From the human T2T-CHM13v2.0 reference genome, Homo sapiens: DNA of 64,000 nt. The DNA lies in NCBI RefSeq assembly GCF_009914755.1, contig NC_060929.1. The stretch is one strand, 5' to 3'. A program made the position numbers and the translations under genes. Below are positions 62,000-64,000 of this stretch, one piece after another. Each line of letters opens with the position of its first letter. The first letter of the stretch is position 1. A model generated the notes under the pieces. That model saw only the letters and a program-made list of their open reading frames with translations, did no database searches and was not told where the DNA came from.

Positions 62000-63240
62000 C
62001 TAACACACAAAGAAAGTAAAAGATCCGAATACAATAACTAACAAGCTCAATCTTACATAAAATTATCTTATTTTCATGTAAAGTTTAGAAAAAAAAATCA
62101 AGTTACCTGGCCACCAAGAAAACCCAATAAATTCCAAAAAGCAATGTAAAGAGTAACTCCTCCAAGCCTTTAAAATTTGAAGAAAAAACACTTATGAAAA
62201 ATTACTGGGCCAAAAAAGAAATCAAAACTGAAATTACAAGCTACCCAGAAATTAATGAAAATAAGAACTTTCTCAAAGATTATGACATGCAATTAAAATT
62301 ATATTCAGAAAAACACAGAGCCTTAAATGATTTTATAATAAGGACTGCAAATAAAGTAAACATTTGAATTTACAAATGTAGAACTAGTGTAACATTAAAA
62401 AGTGAGTAAAAGTAAAGAAAATTAGTAAGTCTGAACATCTACAGCATTAGGATAAAGAGAAGATATAATAACAGTCTGAGGAAATTAAAGGTATACAAGA
62501 ATATGACATGTTTTGGGTGAATGAATTTGAAAATCCAAAAGAAATGGATGCTTTTTGGAAAATGCAAATTAACAAAATTGCCACAAGAAGTGAGAAAATT
62601 TGAGATGAAAAGGCACGAGAATAACTTAAAAATTGTTAAAAATTGACTATTTGTATTAAAAAACTGATTCAACATCAATTTAAATAATGACATTGATAAA
62701 TTCAGGGTGAAGAACTGTGATTAAACAGATGGAAACATACTGACTACATTCAACTGCCATTCAGTTTAAAAACTATAAGCAAAGGAGTAAAGGCAAACTG
62801 TTAGAACAGTATAAAGGACATTTACTAGAAGCACAAACAGCAAACATAATATTAAGTTAAAACTCTAATTCATCAAAATCAAGTTCCTCAATCACTACTA
62901 TTTACATTGTTTTAATGATTAAATTCAAAATATTTTCAGATAAGAGAATTGTGTAGAGTGTCTAAGAATTTTTTTAAAATTATTATAGCTGATAAGAAAA
63001 TTTAGTAAAATGAATAGGTATAAGAAATATAGAAATCAACAGTTTTCCTTTATATTAGCAATAGACATTTGGAAACTGAAATTGACTATTCAGCTCAAAA
63101 TATTGACAAGAACTATAAAATAATGTAACAAATGTAATGGAGGTAAAATGAGACCTGGAGAGTAAACTATACCATGTTCCTGGACAGGATGACTTAACTA
63201 ATGCAAACTCATTTAATTCTTCCCAAACCAAAATATTTCA
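62000..63240 (+). mobile_element. Highly degenerate L1M ORF2 remnant
   Basis: A-rich strand with ORF2-like motifs (gaaatggatg, ataccatgttcctgga). Confidence 0.5.
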
Positions 63241-63282
63241 TGTTTCGTGTACTGCACTGACCTTATAGTACTGTCTCCCACA

Positions 63283-63577
63283 TTTTTTTTTTTTTTTGAG
63301 ACGGAGTCTCGCTCTGTCACCTAGGCTGCAGGGCAGTGGCGCGATCTTGGCTCACTGCAAGCTCTGCCTCCTGGGGTCACGCCATTCTCCTGCCTCAGCC
63401 TCCCAAGTAGCTGGGACTAAAGGCACCCACCACCACGCCCAGCTGATTTTGTATTTTTTTAGTAGAGACGGGGTTTCACCATGTTAGCCAGGATGGTCTT
63501 GATCTCCTGACCTCGTGATCTGCCCATCTCGGCCTCCCAAAGTGCTGGGATTACAGGTGTGAGCCACCAAGGCCGGC
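63283..63577 (-). mobile_element. AluY-like SINE with TSD
   Basis: TSD TACTGTCTCCCA at 63269-63280 and 63579-63590. Confidence 0.95.
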
Positions 63578-63813
63578 TTACTGTCTCCCATATCTTATTA
63601 ACCTCATCATAGATATAAAAACATTCTCTGTACAGGAAAGGACTGTATTGGGTTTGCTTACCACTCTACCCTTCATTGTTAATACAACACCTAATACAAA
63701 AAGAAAACAAAATCTTAATTTTGTTGAATAAAAGCTATGCCATGGATCACATTTTACAAATAAGAAGCTGAGGTCTAGAAAGATAAAGTGACCGCAGGGA
63801 CACAGCTGCTGCT

Positions 63814-64000
63814 TTTTTTTTTTTCCCTTCAACTTTTATTTTAAGTAGCAGGGTACATGTGCAGGATATGCAGGTTTGTTACATAGGTAAATGTGTGCCA
63901 TGGTGTTTTGCCACATAGATCATCCCATCACCTAGGTATTAAGCCCAGCATCCATCAGCTATTCTTCCTGATACTCTCGCTCCCCCCATACCCCAACAGG
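63814..64000 (-). mobile_element. L1PA (older primate) 3' end, cut by window end
   Basis: gggtacatgtgcaggatatgcaggtttgttacataggtaaa. Confidence 0.88.

Overview
Primate (human-like) genomic DNA, AT-rich and dense in repeats. The only supportable protein-coding gene is the 3' part of OXCT1 (SCOT, mitochondrial succinyl-CoA:3-oxoacid CoA-transferase) on the minus strand. Four coding exons were reconstructed by hand with canonical AG/GT boundaries: 44485-44574, 31898-31978, 21760-21861 and 14099-14140 (exons 14-17 by standard numbering, all phase 0). They are followed by a ~1.65 kb 3'UTR ending near 12435. Positions 44575-64000 are intron 13 and 1-12400 is downstream intergenic DNA. The rest is Alu, L1 (including a 3.8 kb 5'-inverted, twin-primed L1PA with target-site duplications), solo LTRs, DNA-transposon relics, MIR/L2/CR1 fragments and microsatellites. 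Nearly all ORFs in the supplied track are repeat-derived or chance. I found no convincing wholly new biological system. The best leads are regulatory or structural and are hypotheses: a candidate stop-first (poison) exon in intron 13, an alternative last-exon acceptor giving a new C-terminus, L1-related polyadenylation features, a near-perfect 147-bp tandem duplication, and closely spaced inverted Alus. Repeat subfamily names and the boundaries of old repeats are by eye and approximate.
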